DNA of 64,000 bases from Phyllosticta citribraziliensis (lineage: Eukaryota): assembly GCF_038025025.1 (NCBI RefSeq), contig NW_027117351.1, positions 558,001 through 622,000 on the forward strand. The letters run 5' to 3'. Under the pieces are notes generated by a model. That model was not told the DNA's origin, did no database searches, and saw nothing but the letters and a program-made list of their open reading frames with translations. A program made the translations under genes and the position numbers. Of this stretch, positions 24,434-37,750 are shown in pieces. Numbering within the stretch: position 1 is the first letter of the stretch; every line of letters begins with the position of its first letter.

Positions 24434-26505
24434 ATGCCGCCATTCAAGGATGACCAGCTCATCGTATGTGTCGCCGCCTGAGCGCAACCACTCGCCTGTT
24501 CGATCCGACTGACAAGCGCGCCGCAGCTCATCGCACCAGGCTCAGAAACCACCCTCGCGCAGCTCGGTCTGCCCGAGTCGCTAACGCCTGCGCGCCTGCG
24601 CATACGATCGCGCATGTTTCCGGCCGAAAAAGAGGGCGAATTCGAACCGTACAAGGTCCGTAGAAAGGGCGGCGACAAGCCAACATCACAGCCGGCCGGA
24701 GACACCAAGGAGCAGGACAAGAAGCCCGACGGAGCAGAAGAAGAGGTTGAATATGAGGAAGACCACAACTCCGAGGAAGGCGCCGTCTGGCCAATTGTTG
24801 GAGGCAGGATTGTCAACTGGCCATGCTTCTACGCGCTCATGACGCATGTCTACAACACGCTGAACCCGCCGTTCCACACACCCATATTACTAGTCGCGGA
24901 GCCCGTCTGGACGCCCAAAGAAAAGGAACGCCTCACACAGTTCTTCTTTGAAAAGTTCAAGATGCCGGCTTTTACAATTGTCGACTCGGCAACGGCCACA
25001 GCGTACGCATACGGTACGCACACGGCAACTGTAATAGACGTGGGACTGCAAAAGGCAGACATTACGGCCATTAGCGACTTCATCATGCACGAGACTGGCA
25101 GGTCAATATCAGTCCCGGACTGTGGGGGAGACTCAATGACACGACGTCTTCAGGAGCTTCTAAAATCCAAAGGCTTCTCGTACGAAATGTGCGAACAATT
25201 GAAGAAGAACCCCATCTGCGAGGTATTACCGCCTGGCACACCGCTTCCCGGAGCTGGAGAGGGAGCAACAGAACAAGTCACGAATCCAGCTGCGGCGGCA
25301 TCCACTGGTGCGACTGGGTCAGGAGCCGAGGCCGCTTCCAACATCACACAGGCTCCTCGAGGGCCAGGTGCCGACACCGAGGTTGGCGACGAAGGTGAAC
25401 GGGATGATAATGAGGATGGTGTCCTGGATGTCGCCAACATTGTTACCAGCGGAAAAATGAGCGAATACCTGGCCAAAAAGGAAAAGGAAAAGCAAGAAAG
25501 GGCTCTCAACAAGAAAAAGGGGCAGGACGCTGCCAAGGAGGCTGCCGCGAAACCCATTCGCCAACCGAATGCCAAGCGGGAAAAGACTACTTTCATGTAC
25601 GAGGACCACGCACTGCTCACTGCTCTGAAGGACATGAACATGGGCGAGCAGAGATTAGCAGAAGCGCAGGCTGCCCTTGACGAAGGCCCTGCCAAGAGGG
25701 GCGCTGACGGTGAGATACTTCCCGGAGAGGCCATGGAGGGCGTCGAGACAAACGGAGCATCCTCTGCCATCCAAGGGCAAACGACTCGGGGTGCTATCCG
25801 GCGTGAAATTGAAGTTGGGACCGAGCGTTTTCAAGCTGCGAGCGGAGGCATACTTGAGCGCATTGCAGACGCCGTATATCGAACCATTTCGTCTGTCGAT
25901 GAAGTCAACAAACGGAGCGAGCTGTGGGAGTCGCTCATTATTGTCGGCAACGGCGCTAGACTGCGAGGTATGACAAACAATGACCATGGCAGTTTGCGGT
26001 GCTAACAAGACCAACAGGCTTCAAGGAGGCGCTTGTTGCAACTCTTCAATCCAAATACCTCATCTCCCCGTCATCCGCCACCATCTTCACCTCGGAGCTT
26101 CCTTCAAACCTCTCGACGCCTGTCGGCACGGGGGCTAATACTCCCCAGCATCCGGGCATGCAACCCATGGGGCCCAGTGGAGTGAATCCGCTCTTGTATG
26201 CAGCTACCACGGCTCAGAACCCACAAATGATGCACGCCGGAGGCACGCCAGGCCCGATGGGCAGCCTGCACTCTCACAACACGCACTCTTCGCACGGCCA
26301 GTCTCCGACCAACATCAGGCTTGTCAAGACGCCCGAATACTTTCCTGAATGGAAGGAGGTGGGTATGGACGAGGCCATGTTCTTGGGTGCGCAGGTGGCT
26401 GCCAAGGTGCTTTTCATCGTAGACCAGGGTCTGGGCCAGGGATACATGACGCGGACGGACTACAACGATCAGGGTCCTTCTGGCATCCGCGACGTTTGCA
26501 TATGA
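24434..26505 (+). CDS. ARP9: Actin-related protein of SWI/SNF-RSC (Arp9-like)
   Basis: MPPFKDDQLI|intron|LIAPGSETTLAQLGLPES..WPIVGGRIVNWPCF..LLVAEPVW..FFFEKFKMPAF..VIDVG..ELWESLIIVGNG|GFKEAL..PEYFPEWK. Actin-fold motifs with large insertions. Confidence 0.85.
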
Positions 26506-27171
26506 GAGCGCGGGACGGACGGACGGACTGGTTGGAGTTTTGGATGGAGCAATGGTCAAAAGTCCACGGATTTGATTGGTCTCAGCTAGTTATTGGTCGT
26601 GTGCTATCAAGACAATCCTTTTATGAATGATGGTGTTGCAGTGGCTGCCCCAACAAACAGTGCAATGCCCATTGGCCGCCGAGTGGAACGGGCTCTCCAA
26701 CGGCGGAGGATCGGATATTTTTGGGGTGATAGCAACCTAGAGCAGCAAAGAGTCGGGGACCGACAGAGGGCGTCTGATGAGCCGGCGGTAGTTTTGGCAG
26801 CGGCGGACGAATGGAGTCGAGGATGGCGTCTGCAGGCTGACGTCGGGTGTCAGGAACACAGCTTCAACTAGGCGCTTTGTCGACCCTTGGCGCAACCCGG
26901 CTCATCAGCGCTGAGAGGCGCCCGATGCCACGCCACGGCCATTCCAAAGGCTCCGCAGCAGCTCCAAGTACAGTCCTGTCCAGTACAACAAATGCCCGCC
27001 ATGTCCGGTCGAAGGGAGTCGTCGCTGTTCCTTGTCAACCCCGAAACCACATGCGACTTGCGGCCTCGGTAGCTCCAACGCTAGACAATTGCTCCGCCGT
27101 CCGTCCAGTCGCTCCGCCTGGGCTGCTCAACCTCGACTCCGCCTCGACCTCCGCCGTCTGCTCAGTCCGCA

Positions 27172-28697
27172 ATGGCGTCACTGCAGCAGCACGGCGACCG
27201 CGACGCCCTGACAATGAACACGCAGACGCAGAAATTCCATTCCGTCGGCCCAGACGACGACAGCGACGCCGAGGAGGTGAACCGCACCATCAAGCACCCT
27301 GGCAATGTCTACATCAATGTTCAAGGCGCCTTCATAGTCGACGACAATGAGCCGCGTACCCCCTTGACTCCCAACAGCGACGACTACGACTACGAGACCA
27401 AGGACATTCGCCTGCCAAACCACACGGCCGTGGTCAGCCATGTCGCAGTCGACGTGAGTCACTCTTGGCGCCCCAGCTTCCACCTTTCCCTGGCTGACTC
27501 CAGTCGTGCGCTCGCAGATTGGCGGCTCGCTCGCGAAGCTCGTCTACTTTTCGCGCGACCCAACGTCCAAAGAGCTGGGTGGCCGCCTCAACTTTCTCAA
27601 GTTCGAGACGGACCGCATAGACGAGTGCATCGACTTTATGCGCGAGCTCAAGCTCAAATACCAAACCATAAACGGCTCCCCCCCGTCTGACATTACCGTC
27701 ATGGCTACCGGAGGCGGTGCGTTTAAATACTACGACCGCATAAGGGAAGCGTTGGAGGTGGAGGTGCTGCGAGAGGACGAAATGGAATGTTTAATCATTG
27801 GTGCGAGCCGCCCAAGCTGAACCACTTCACAGGCGGAAGCTGACCCTTTCCGCCAGGCCTCGACTTCTTCATCACCGAAATACCCTGCGAAGTCTTTACA
27901 TACAGCCAAGATGACCCAATGCACTTTGAACAAGCGCGGCCCGACATCTATCCTTATCTCCTCGTCAACATTGGCTCGGGTGTCTCCATGGTCAAAGTCT
28001 CTGGGCCACGGCAATACGAACGAATAGGCGGAACCTCGCTCGGCGGCGGCACGCTCTGGGGCCTGCTATCGCTCCTCACGGGCGCCCGCAATTTCGAAGA
28101 CATGCTCAAGCTGGCGGACGCGGGCGACAACACAGCAGTGGATATGCTGGTAGGCGATATTTATGGCACCGGCTACGGCAAGATTGGCCTCAAGAGCACC
28201 ACCATCGCAAGCAGCTTCGGCAAGGTGTACAAGATGAAGCGGCAAGCGGAGCGCGAAGCCGAGGACAGTGGAAACCTCAAGGAAGTCCCGGGCGAGAATG
28301 GTGATGCGTCGACCACGTCGAGTCGCTCATTCAGACCCGAGGACGTCAGCAAGAGCCTGCTGTACGCTGTCAGGTAAGCTTTCCTTACCCTTTCGAAAGA
28401 CTGCAACCTAATTCCCACTTCAGTAACAACATTGGACAAATCGCCTACCTCCACGCTGAAAAGCACAATCTTGAGCGCATCTACTTTGGTGGCTCCTTCA
28501 TTGGCGGCCACCGCCAAACCATGAACACGCTCTCGTACGCCATCAAATTCTGGTCCAAGGGCGAAAAGCAGGCCTACTTTCTGCGCCACGAAGGCTACCT
28601 GGGCGCGGTCGGCGCGTTCCTCAAGCGCCAGCCGCGCAACTGGGGCCGCCGCAACAGCATCGATGGCCGCCCCGTCACGTCAGACTCGAAGGCGTGA
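27172..28697 (+). CDS. CAB1: Type II pantothenate kinase
   Basis: [84 protein letters not shown]. Three introns. Confidence 0.93.
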
Positions 28698-29917
28698 GCA
28701 GCGCGCGAATCTTGCGGCGCGAGGGGCGACATGTAAACGCCAGGACAAAAACGTTGGAGAGGGCGCGCTGCGGCGGCGTGGGGTCAGGGGGCGGGATCGG
28801 AGCGGCTGAGGATGCTGGCAAGCTCCCGCTACCCTCTCCGTTCCTCCAATCTCCCCCTGTCCCGCGGGAACACTCATAGCAAGGACTGGCCCTCAAGTCC
28901 GCGCCAGCTTCTCGCTGCAGCGTCGCTCCCTCCATTGCGTCGGCTTCCGCCGAGTTGCCGATTCGTTGGCACTGGGAGAAGCTAGGGAACATGTGTGCTG
29001 TGCAAAACAGCTCCATCGTTTGAATACGGCTTGTGTGGGTTTGAAGCGCTCATGCAAGGGTACATCTACGTCTACCGACGAGGAGAAGGTCTTGCCATGT
29101 CGTCGGTGTTTACATCTATTCGGAGAGACGAAAGCAAGCGAGCAAGGCAAATTCGTCGTAATGTCTCAAATGCTTGACGCAGTGAGGCAGTCAGCCAGCA
29201 AGCTACCTACCAGCTACCTCCTTTACCATGTAATTCTGTACGCAATAATGTAACCTGGTAGCCATTCTGTTCTTTTGTGGAGCTGCGTCAACCTGCTTGC
29301 AAAAGCAAGGAGGCATGATGCTTTGTTGATGGCCGCACCTTAGGTAGAATGGTGCCGAAGCATGTACGACCTGCGGATGACATCCAGGCCGCGACAGACA
29401 CCTCCATCAGTCCCAAAACCAACACTAACGCATCCTCTTCCTCTTGCATCTCTCACGTATTGCCACACAATCCAGGGCACTCCTCGCGTTCAGGGTATTG
29501 CGTCCATCTTCTGCACTGGCAGCCATCTTCGCACCCTCCTGTTCATGCCTTTTCCCCTCAACTTTTCGGCATCTCCACCTTCTTCTCTTGCATCGGTGTT
29601 ACCGCCTTGGTTTGAGGAGATGTGGGTCGGATCGCAGGGAGTCGATAATATGGAGGCAGTGGCCCAACCAAGCAACATGTTTGGTAAGTCGAAGAGTGCG
29701 TAGCAAGGGAATCGTCGTCTTGCTTGTCTGGTGATTCTACAGGGCGACTGAACACGAATTGTACCATGGTACATTCGAAGCGACGTCCTCTGCGGTTGCT
29801 GGGAGAGTAGGGTTATGGAACCACGCATCTTCCATCCCTCGCTGCCCTTTGCTATAAACTTCCACTTCACTCTCTTTTCCATTTACCACCGCTTTTATCT
29901 TCCAAGATAATCCGACA

Positions 29918-30922
29918 ATGAGGACGCGCCTGCAGTTCTTCGCCCTGTTGGCCGTACTTGGCCACCTCGTCTGGCTCTTTGGAGGTGTGTCGGCCGCGCC
30001 TGTGGCCGTCAGCGCCTCGGAGTCTGAAAATTTTGTTGGCAACTACTCTCAACATGGAAAACGCTCTGGATCTTCTCGGCCACAAATCGAGACCACCCCG
30101 GAGGATCAATTCGTTTCCAATCTCGTCAAGCACCGGGAGGAACCGCTTGCCTCTGAGCGGACCGCTGCTCACGCGTTGGACTCCACAACCTTTGTCCACG
30201 ACGGCTCTCACGTTGGAAAAGACGCTACATCTTCCCCGTCGCCAATCCAGATGACGCGAGAGAAACATGTCTCTAGATATGAGAAGCGCGAGGCGGCGGC
30301 GAAGAAGAAGGAGAAGAAGAAGAAGAAGAAGAAGAAGAAGAAGAACGGCAGCAAGAACGACAAGGAGAGAGAGAAGAACGACAAGGAGATAGAAAAGCAG
30401 CAGGAAGAGGAGGACAGAAGAATCGCGGCATCTCTACCGGACACGGATCACAAAGCGCCAACCCCGGAGCAGACGGAAGCGCTCTCGCTCCTGCAGAAAG
30501 AATTCATCGGAAGAAACCTGACGGCGAGCGACGAGCAATTCATCAGCGGGCTGCCGCCGCACCAGCAGAAGGGCGTCATCGACCGGATCGTCGAACTGCG
30601 GCTCGCCAAGGCGCTCTCGTGGCTCACGGACGCCGAGAAGAACGCCATCCTGATCGAGATCCCGGACGGGCTCGAGGAGAAGCTGTTCCTGGAGCGGTTC
30701 CCCATGTTCGCCAACCCCTCCAGCGCCATCGGTTCCACGCGGGAGCTCAGCCCGCGCGCGCTGGCGCTGTGGAACCGCATCCACGGGATGGTGGCCGACG
30801 ACGAGTTCTTCCTCAAGCACAAGGGCAGCCAGGGCAAACACCCGCGCTGGCCGGACAGCATGAAGCCATCGAATATCATCGGTTGCTGGGCTTTAGGTAA
30901 CTTTAATTGCATACCACCTTAG
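29918..30922 (+). CDS. Orphan secreted protein with poly-Lys tract (effector candidate); 3' end uncertain
   Basis: Hydrophobic signal peptide (FFALLAVLGHLVWLFGGVSA-AP), TATAAA at about 29853, strong GC3 codon bias in the 3' half, dibasic KR sites. Confidence 0.7.
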   Translation: MRTRLQFFALLAVLGHLVWLFGGVSAAPVAVSASESENFVGNYSQHGKRSGSSRPQIETTPEDQFVSNLVKHREEPLASERTAAHALDSTTFVHDGSHVGKDATSSPSPIQMTREKHVSRYEKREAAAKKKEKKKKKKKKKKNGSKNDKEREKNDKEIEKQQEEEDRRIAASLPDTDHKAPTPEQTEALSLLQKEFIGRNLTASDEQFISGLPPHQQKGVIDRIVELRLAKALSWLTDAEKNAILIEIPDGLEEKLFLERFPMFANPSSAIGSTRELSPRALALWNRIHGMVADDEFFLKHKGSQGKHPRWPDSMKPSNIIGCWALGNFNCIPP

Positions 30923-33840
30923 TTGCAAAATTCAAGGCGACGCAAGCTGTCCACCTACCCACCGCCCACCCCACCTTGCTGAGTGCCAACGCAATCAATC
31001 ATGTGGGTAATACTGCGTTGCACTGGTTGCGCTGATGGCACCTAGCCATGTGCCCTTTGGAGGTGATGGCGGGAAGTCGTCGAAGAAGAACGAGCCGCGG
31101 TCTGTGTGTGGTTCCGCCCCCAGGGAATGGTGGGAATGTGACGGACCACGGTGGTGGAAAGCCAAAAGAATGAGAAGGACAAGCCGAAGAAGGAGGGAAA
31201 GGGTTGTCTCGATGGCGAAGGCAGACCGGAGTAGAAACACACCAAAACGTAAAAGAAAAGATGGACTTGGCTACGTTGGCTTCACACCACGCTATCTCAC
31301 AGAGGATGTTGCAAGGAAATAAGGCGGACCTCCTGGCAGCGCGAGTGCACTAGGGAGCAGACATCCATTGCCGCAGCTAGACCCAAGGAGTCTCATTTCT
31401 CTCGAAGCCCACCGTGATAGCATTTCCGCAATCGAGTTTCCTCGCTCTTGAAACACAGTATTATGGCAAAGTGACGCCCTGTGGAGGACAAATGGGATGC
31501 AGGAATGGGCAAGAGGAGAGTTTGGGTTTGAGTGGTAGAGATGGGTGGGCTACAGACGGACAGAGACAGAGATAGGTGAGCGAGGTACCAAAGTACATAG
31601 GTAACCAGTAAAGTTGTATAGATTCGCCGTTCATAACGCAAAAGCTTAGTCCAGCATCGTCTGCCACGGTTGACCAGAAGGTCGTCTTCGCAGCACCATG
31701 ACAGACGTCGTGGACCGGCTGCGTATATCTGTAAGCAATGCAATCATAGTAAACAAGTCAGGAGAAAGTGATCCGTCATCCTCCTCTTTCTAGTCATAGA
31801 AGCAAGCGAACGGCGAGCTAATGACCGACAGATAGACAGGCAGCCAGATGCTTGGATGGAGTGCCCAACCATTTAGAAGCACAGAGGCCGCAACGGAAAC
31901 TCAGCGCAGCATATCATGGTACGTCAAGCTGCATATGCACGCCGTGCAGATTTAGCTCAAGTGCCACGGCGGCAGCGCCGCCCGTCCGTCCGCCCGCCCG
32001 CCTGCCGTGCGCCTCGAGACGAACTTGTCTGCGCTGGGTGGCTGGCTGGCGTCGTGGTTATCTGTATGCATGCATGCACGTATGCAGTAGCAGCGCTGCC
32101 GGCGTACAGTACATAGGCGTATAGTGTGTGGTGGGATATGAGCTGAGCCTTGCGTCTGGAAGGGAGAGCGGCACGGCAGCTGCAGAAGGACAGACAGACG
32201 GATAGATAGACAGGTCCACGCTGTCAGATGTCAAGAGGAGAGGTAGAGTGCTGTGTAAGACCATGGTACAGAAGCTTCTCACCATCCCCTACCACGCTCT
32301 TCACACAACAAAAGAATAGACAGACAACCAGCCAAAAAAGCGCCAACGCGAGTAATAATGCCGACGCGCTCGTGCCTGCGCCCTGTCAAGCACCTCAGGA
32401 GCGTCAGGTTGCGTCATAGGCTGGCTGCATGTGAGAGAGAGAGCTTGGCTGCCTGCGCCTAGTCAGAGTATGAATTGAGTTTTTGCTAATCGATGGTGTC
32501 GTCAGCGCCACCACCACAACCATGACAACCATGGTGGTTCGTGAAAATTCTCAACGCTTCTTCCGGCACTGGCCTTGTCTTTGCCCAAGCAATGACGAGG
32601 AGGCGGCGGCGGCGGCGGCGGTGATGGCTTTTGGCTTCTGGCTCAGAGACACTGCTGGAAAGTTAGAAGAGATTGGGAAGATGTGATGGGCCGAGGGAGT
32701 TGGTTGATTAGTTGGTTGGTTGGGAATGTCCGTTGAGTTGATGGATGGACGGTTAACGGTTGGCGGCGGTGGGTGTGGCGGTGCGGTCGTGCTGTGGAAT
32801 GGGAAGGAAGGGAAGGAAGGAACCACAGCACCAGGCACCGGTACAGTAATATGAAATAAGCCGTACTGTGCGCGTTTTCAGCCAGCTTTACCAAACCAAC
32901 CCAAACCAAATAAAACTAGCTCTCAGGTCCCTGCAGACGTTAGGCTCGACAGCGGGCAGGCAGGCAGGCCGTCTTCAGGCTCCGTCAAACTAAATGAATC
33001 AGCGGCAGCCAGGGCCACAGCAGCCAGCCAATCGAGGCATTACTTGGTACCTATCACTGCTCTTGTCCAAACCAAATGAGAATCTCTCTTCCGTGTACGT
33101 ACCGAGTATGTACCTAGTGCGGCATTTCTGCACACATGGATGCCGCTCGATGCCTCCCCCGGCCGCACGTGCATGAGCTAGGTATAGTATCCATCTACAG
33201 GAATCAACGGACGCGGTCCAATGGCCATCGATTGCGGAATCACTTCTGAGAAGTGATGGAAGGACAGGCGGGCGACGTGGATCCTGGCGCTGACGGCAGG
33301 CAGGGAGGCAGGCAAAACAGCCCAACCAAGTTGCAAGGCAGACCAGACCAGAGACCACCATGGCGGCGGCGGCCGCCGCGGCCGACGACACACGACATGC
33401 TAGCAAGGGAAGGATACATGTACAACCCGCACATGTACCCAGGCACCTGTACTCTTGCCTAGGTAGCTGTGCCTAGCTGACAGCCTCATAGCTACCTATC
33501 AGCCAGACGCGGCCCGTAGCGGAACGCCTTCAAACCAAAACCTCAAACCGCTGAGGACAGGGCGCCTGGGGGTAATCCAACCAACCGTCCAGGCCTCGGC
33601 CTAGATTTCATTCTGCATATTGTTTCCCGAGTGCTGACGCTGAGATGGTGCGTTGTGATGGGTATGTAGGATGGGATGTGTTGGCGAGTCGATGGCGGGT
33701 GTGTCGAGTCGAGGCACGTAAGCCACGCACGAGGCGAGGCAAGGCACCCATAAACGACACGCACTCGGCACGCTTTAGTCTGCCTGTGTGTACGTCCGGG
33801 TAGGCATCGTTTTTCGCTCTTCAGGGTCTTCGTCTGTGGC

Positions 33841-33841
<1 letters not shown>

Positions 33842-33879
<38 letters not shown>
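33842..33879. repeat. Poly-C homopolymer (about 38 nt)
   Basis: Uninterrupted C run. Confidence 0.95.
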
Positions 33880-35646
33880 TTCCACCTAATCCCGCATACA
33901 TACATACATACGTATCTGCCCGCCTGGCCTCCGCGCACCGCGTGTCGTCTTTGCTGCTGGTACCACACACTCCTACCCACCTACCTAGACGTCCCGTATC
34001 CTCCCGAAGCGATCGCCCACCGCGCATCTCGATACACAGGCGCCGAATCGAATCGGTGGGCCGACATGCTTGGCTGCGGCAGGGTGATTGGCTGATGCGC
34101 GGCGGAGCGGAGTGGAGAGCGACGAGCGACGAGCGACGACTGACGAGTGGAGAAGCGACAGGAGTGAAAGCAGAAAGGAGGAGCGGCAGCGCGTTCGAGC
34201 GGGTCAGTGAAGGGTCTCGGATGAGCTGTGGCCCAGTGAGGAAGCAACAGGAGTGATCCATTCGTTGGAATGGGGTCCGTCGTGGTGGTAGTGGTGGGTA
34301 GTAATGTGGTTGGCAGATAGGTAATCAGGGCGCGCTGTTTGGTCGACGCCTCAGGCATGATGGTGCCCCCTTGCCCTCTCCACCAGGGGGTAATATCAAT
34401 CCGCAAGGAACCTCACCTGAATCCACCTGGCCAAGTAGGTATGCCTGAAAAAACCATGTCGTTTTGTTTTGTTTCGTCTCGTCTCAGGCAGTACGTAGGT
34501 AGGTGTCCCACACTTAGCATTCTTCGTCGATGCTAGTCAGACAAGAGCTGCCCACTCGTCCAGACAATTCTTACTTGCCCTGCGTGCCCTCTACGTATCC
34601 ACACGCCTGAAGCCGCGCACCATGACGAGGGCGCAAGAAGCGCGCTCCTGACACCTTGCCTCGCAGCAAGCAAGCAGTACTCCTACGTTGGTCCGAGAGA
34701 CTCTCAAAAACCCCCCACCCGCCAGGCGCACACAGGGGCCAATGGATAGACAGGCGCCCCACGTGCCGGCCCCACGCAGCCCACCCACCGCACCTCACCA
34801 TCCATCGGGCCAATGTGCTCGACCAACGGCGTCATCCGTCGCTACGGATGCCGTACGAGTTGAGTTGAATTGGACGACATGCATCCCCCCTCCTCTCTGC
34901 CTCTTTTTGTGTCGCTGCCTGCACAGCGTGCACAGCACAGATCCCGTCGTCATGATGAAACGAGCGATGCGTGCATGCATCCCAGGTATGCATGCACACA
35001 CCCACATAACACAAGGTATGCACCCATTGCGTTGTGCGAGTACGACGACGTCGTCTTTGTGCCGAGAGACCGAGCGAGTGAGGTGGGTTGGTTGGTGCCA
35101 TGCATGTGCTGCCATGGATGCTGCAGAGCCCCCCAGCCCATCGAGGGGTCGTCGACCCGAAAGAGGAAGTGTGTTTTCCGTGCCCCTCCATCACGTGTCG
35201 TTGCTGGGGAGCCTGGGTGGGCTGGACAGACAAGGACGAGGAAACGGGCGGGACCAACAGTGTCAAATAAATGTCAAGGTGAAAAAACAAATGGCACGCA
35301 CTTCACGACGAATGGAATCAAGCGGTTGCGAAAATTCGCAAGGAGCGTCGCATGTTGATGTTGCGACTGCGGCATCGCGCCGACGTCGGACAGGAACACC
35401 ACGCACCCCGCGCGTACAGCCAGCAGCAAAACAGCAGGAAAGGACGCAAGTCAAACATTCGTGGCGGCATTTCAGCAGTCTATTTACAATGAAATCATGC
35501 TTCTCGTCGTTTGTCTGGATATCTTCATTATTGCTTCACCAGGAAGCCCTCTAAACAACTCGCTTTTGTTGAATATCCCCCCGCGGGAACGGAAAGAAAC
35601 TTTTCTCGTAGAAAGGATAGTCTCCGCATTTCGGAATGGCCCCCAT

Positions 35647-36839
35647 TTAGGCAATCGAGGTGCCGGCCTCGCGCGACTCCTCGGGCCAGACGTTGTAGCC
35701 AAACGTGTCCTTCATGTTGACGAAGCGCGTGTGGCGGCCCTCGGCGACCTTGTTGACGGCCTCAAAGTCCTCGTCCGACAGGTTGGGGATCTGGAAGTTG
35801 CTCTCGATGCGCGAGGGGGTGGAGCTCTTGGGCAGGACGACGTAGCCGCGGCGCAGGCCCCAGGCGAGCAGGACCTGGGCGAGAGTGTGGCCGCTGCGGT
35901 CGGCAACCTCGTTGAGCGTCTTGTTGGTGCGGACCTTTTCGCCGGTCGTGGGAACCTGGTCCTGCGAGCCAAGAGGAGAGTAGGCGGCGGGCAGCACGTC
36001 GTTCTCCTGGCAGAACTTGACCAGAGCCTCGTTGGGGAGGAAGGGGTGGATTTCGACCTGTGGCTCGGGTTAGAAACTTGTCAAATGACCGGGGAGCAGT
36101 AAAAATTTACCTGGTTGACGGTAGGCTTGACCTTGGCAATCTTGAACAGCTGCTGGAGGCCGGGGATGGTCCAGTTGGAGACACCAATGGCCTTGGCCTT
36201 GCCCGAGTTGTAAATCTCCTCCATGGCGCGCCAGGTGGGCTCGGGGTTCTCGGTCAGGTCCTTCTTGAGGATGTACTTGCCATCGGGGCCGATCTTGGGC
36301 ATGTACTCCTCGTTCTTCTCGGCGGCAATGGGCCAGTGGACGAGGAAGAGGTCAACGTAGTCGAGGCCAAAGTTCTTGAGCGAGTTCTCAAAGGACCACT
36401 TGACCTCGTCGGGCTCGTGCAGGTGGTTCCAGACCTTGGTGGTGATGAAGATGTCCTCGCGCTTGACCGAGGGGTTCTCCTTGAGAAAGTCGCGGACGGC
36501 TTGGCCAACCTCCTCCTCGTTCTTGTAGAACCAGGCGCAGTCGAGGTGCCTGTAGCCGACCTTCAGGGCGGCGATGACGGCATTGTAGGACTCGCCCTTG
36601 GAGCCCTCGTTGGCAAAGGTGCCAAAGCCAAGACCGGGGATCTTGACGCCGTTGTTGAGGGTGAAGGTGGTCTTGTTTGAGACGTCCTTGAGCTGAGTGA
36701 AAGGCATGGTGGAGCAGAAGGATCTGACAGGGATGGTGGAGGGTTGAAAGCGTGCAGAAGATGGAACAGCGGTCAGGATGCGGTGGGAGTCAAAACGGGC
36801 AAAATGGGACGAGAAGAGACGGGCACGAGGCAGCGCCAT
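35647..36839 (-). CDS. Aldo-keto reductase, NADP(H)-dependent glycerol dehydrogenase-like (GldB/Gcy1 type)
   Basis: FTLNNGVKIPGLGFGT, GYRHLDCAWFY, EDIFITTKVW, LDYVDLFLVHWP, KAIGVSNW, NQ|VEIHP, AYSPLG, VLPKSSTPSRI. Intron 36110-36058; ATGs at 36839 and 36707. Confidence 0.92.
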
Positions 36840-37082
36840 GGCTGATATAGCAGGCAGGTCGATGAGGGCAACGGCGGGCGGCGGATCGGGTAGCAAGGTG
36901 CAGTGCAGTGTACGGAGAATGGTTGGCCTCCATCGTGTTGAGCTTGAGCACCCACCAGCGGCCGATTGTCTGCACAAGCGACCCGACGTGACGCCCGGAC
37001 AATGGGGCGACCAGGGGGAGGTGATGTCACTGGGTGGATCGCTCCGAAGTGCTGGCGGCAGGAAGCCCGCTTTTCATGGTGG

Positions 37083-37095
37083 TGACGTGACGTAA
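37083..37095. promoter_or_regulatory. Overlapping ATF/CREB-like (CRE) sites in the divergent promoter
   Basis: TGACGTGACGTAA contains TGACGTGA and TGACGTAA. Confidence 0.45.
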
Positions 37096-37750
37096 GAGGG
37101 ATGCGAGTCAGACGGAGGGAGAGTGAAGAGGGAGAGGCAGCGAGAAGAAGAGTTGTGTTTTCTCGCGTATGTATGTATGTATTGAACGACCTCAAGGTTT
37201 GTCGTACGTAACGAATCCTCGGCAGGGATCCGATGGGATGGGCGCCACCACCGCCGCGCCGCCTCAGCACCACCACCTCACCGCGTCCATCCCATCCCGA
37301 CATCCCTCACCGTTGCAACACCACAACCGCACCTTGGTCCTCCTCTGCATTACTCTGCGGACGCTCTTCGGCCCCCCTACGTCAGCCTCCTATCGCCCGC
37401 TGAAACTCATGCACACTAGTCATGACGAAGCGTCCACCGCCCCGCCCCTCAGGGACCTGGTTCTGCCCAGGACCAACCACCGCTCCGCTATTGGTCCCGC
37501 TTTTGGCTGACCAAGGCCCTCCGGCGAGGACCCTTTTTCGTGATACGGCACGATGATGTCGCTGGTGGGCCATGGCTCCAAACACTGCCGGAGCTATACG
37601 GAACCGCCCGTCGTCCCTCGAAACTACACTCGACCGTCAATATATACCTCGTCCGCGCCTGCTCTGCCGTCCGTCTTCTCCACCTGACGTATCCCTTCAC
37701 ACTACCTCGTCTCTTCTCCTCTCCACCTCACCACTCTCACCACCTTCACC

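Noticed and set aside
35461..36680. Plus-strand ORFs of 213 and 206 aa
   Set aside because: They are antisense shadows of the aldo-keto reductase.
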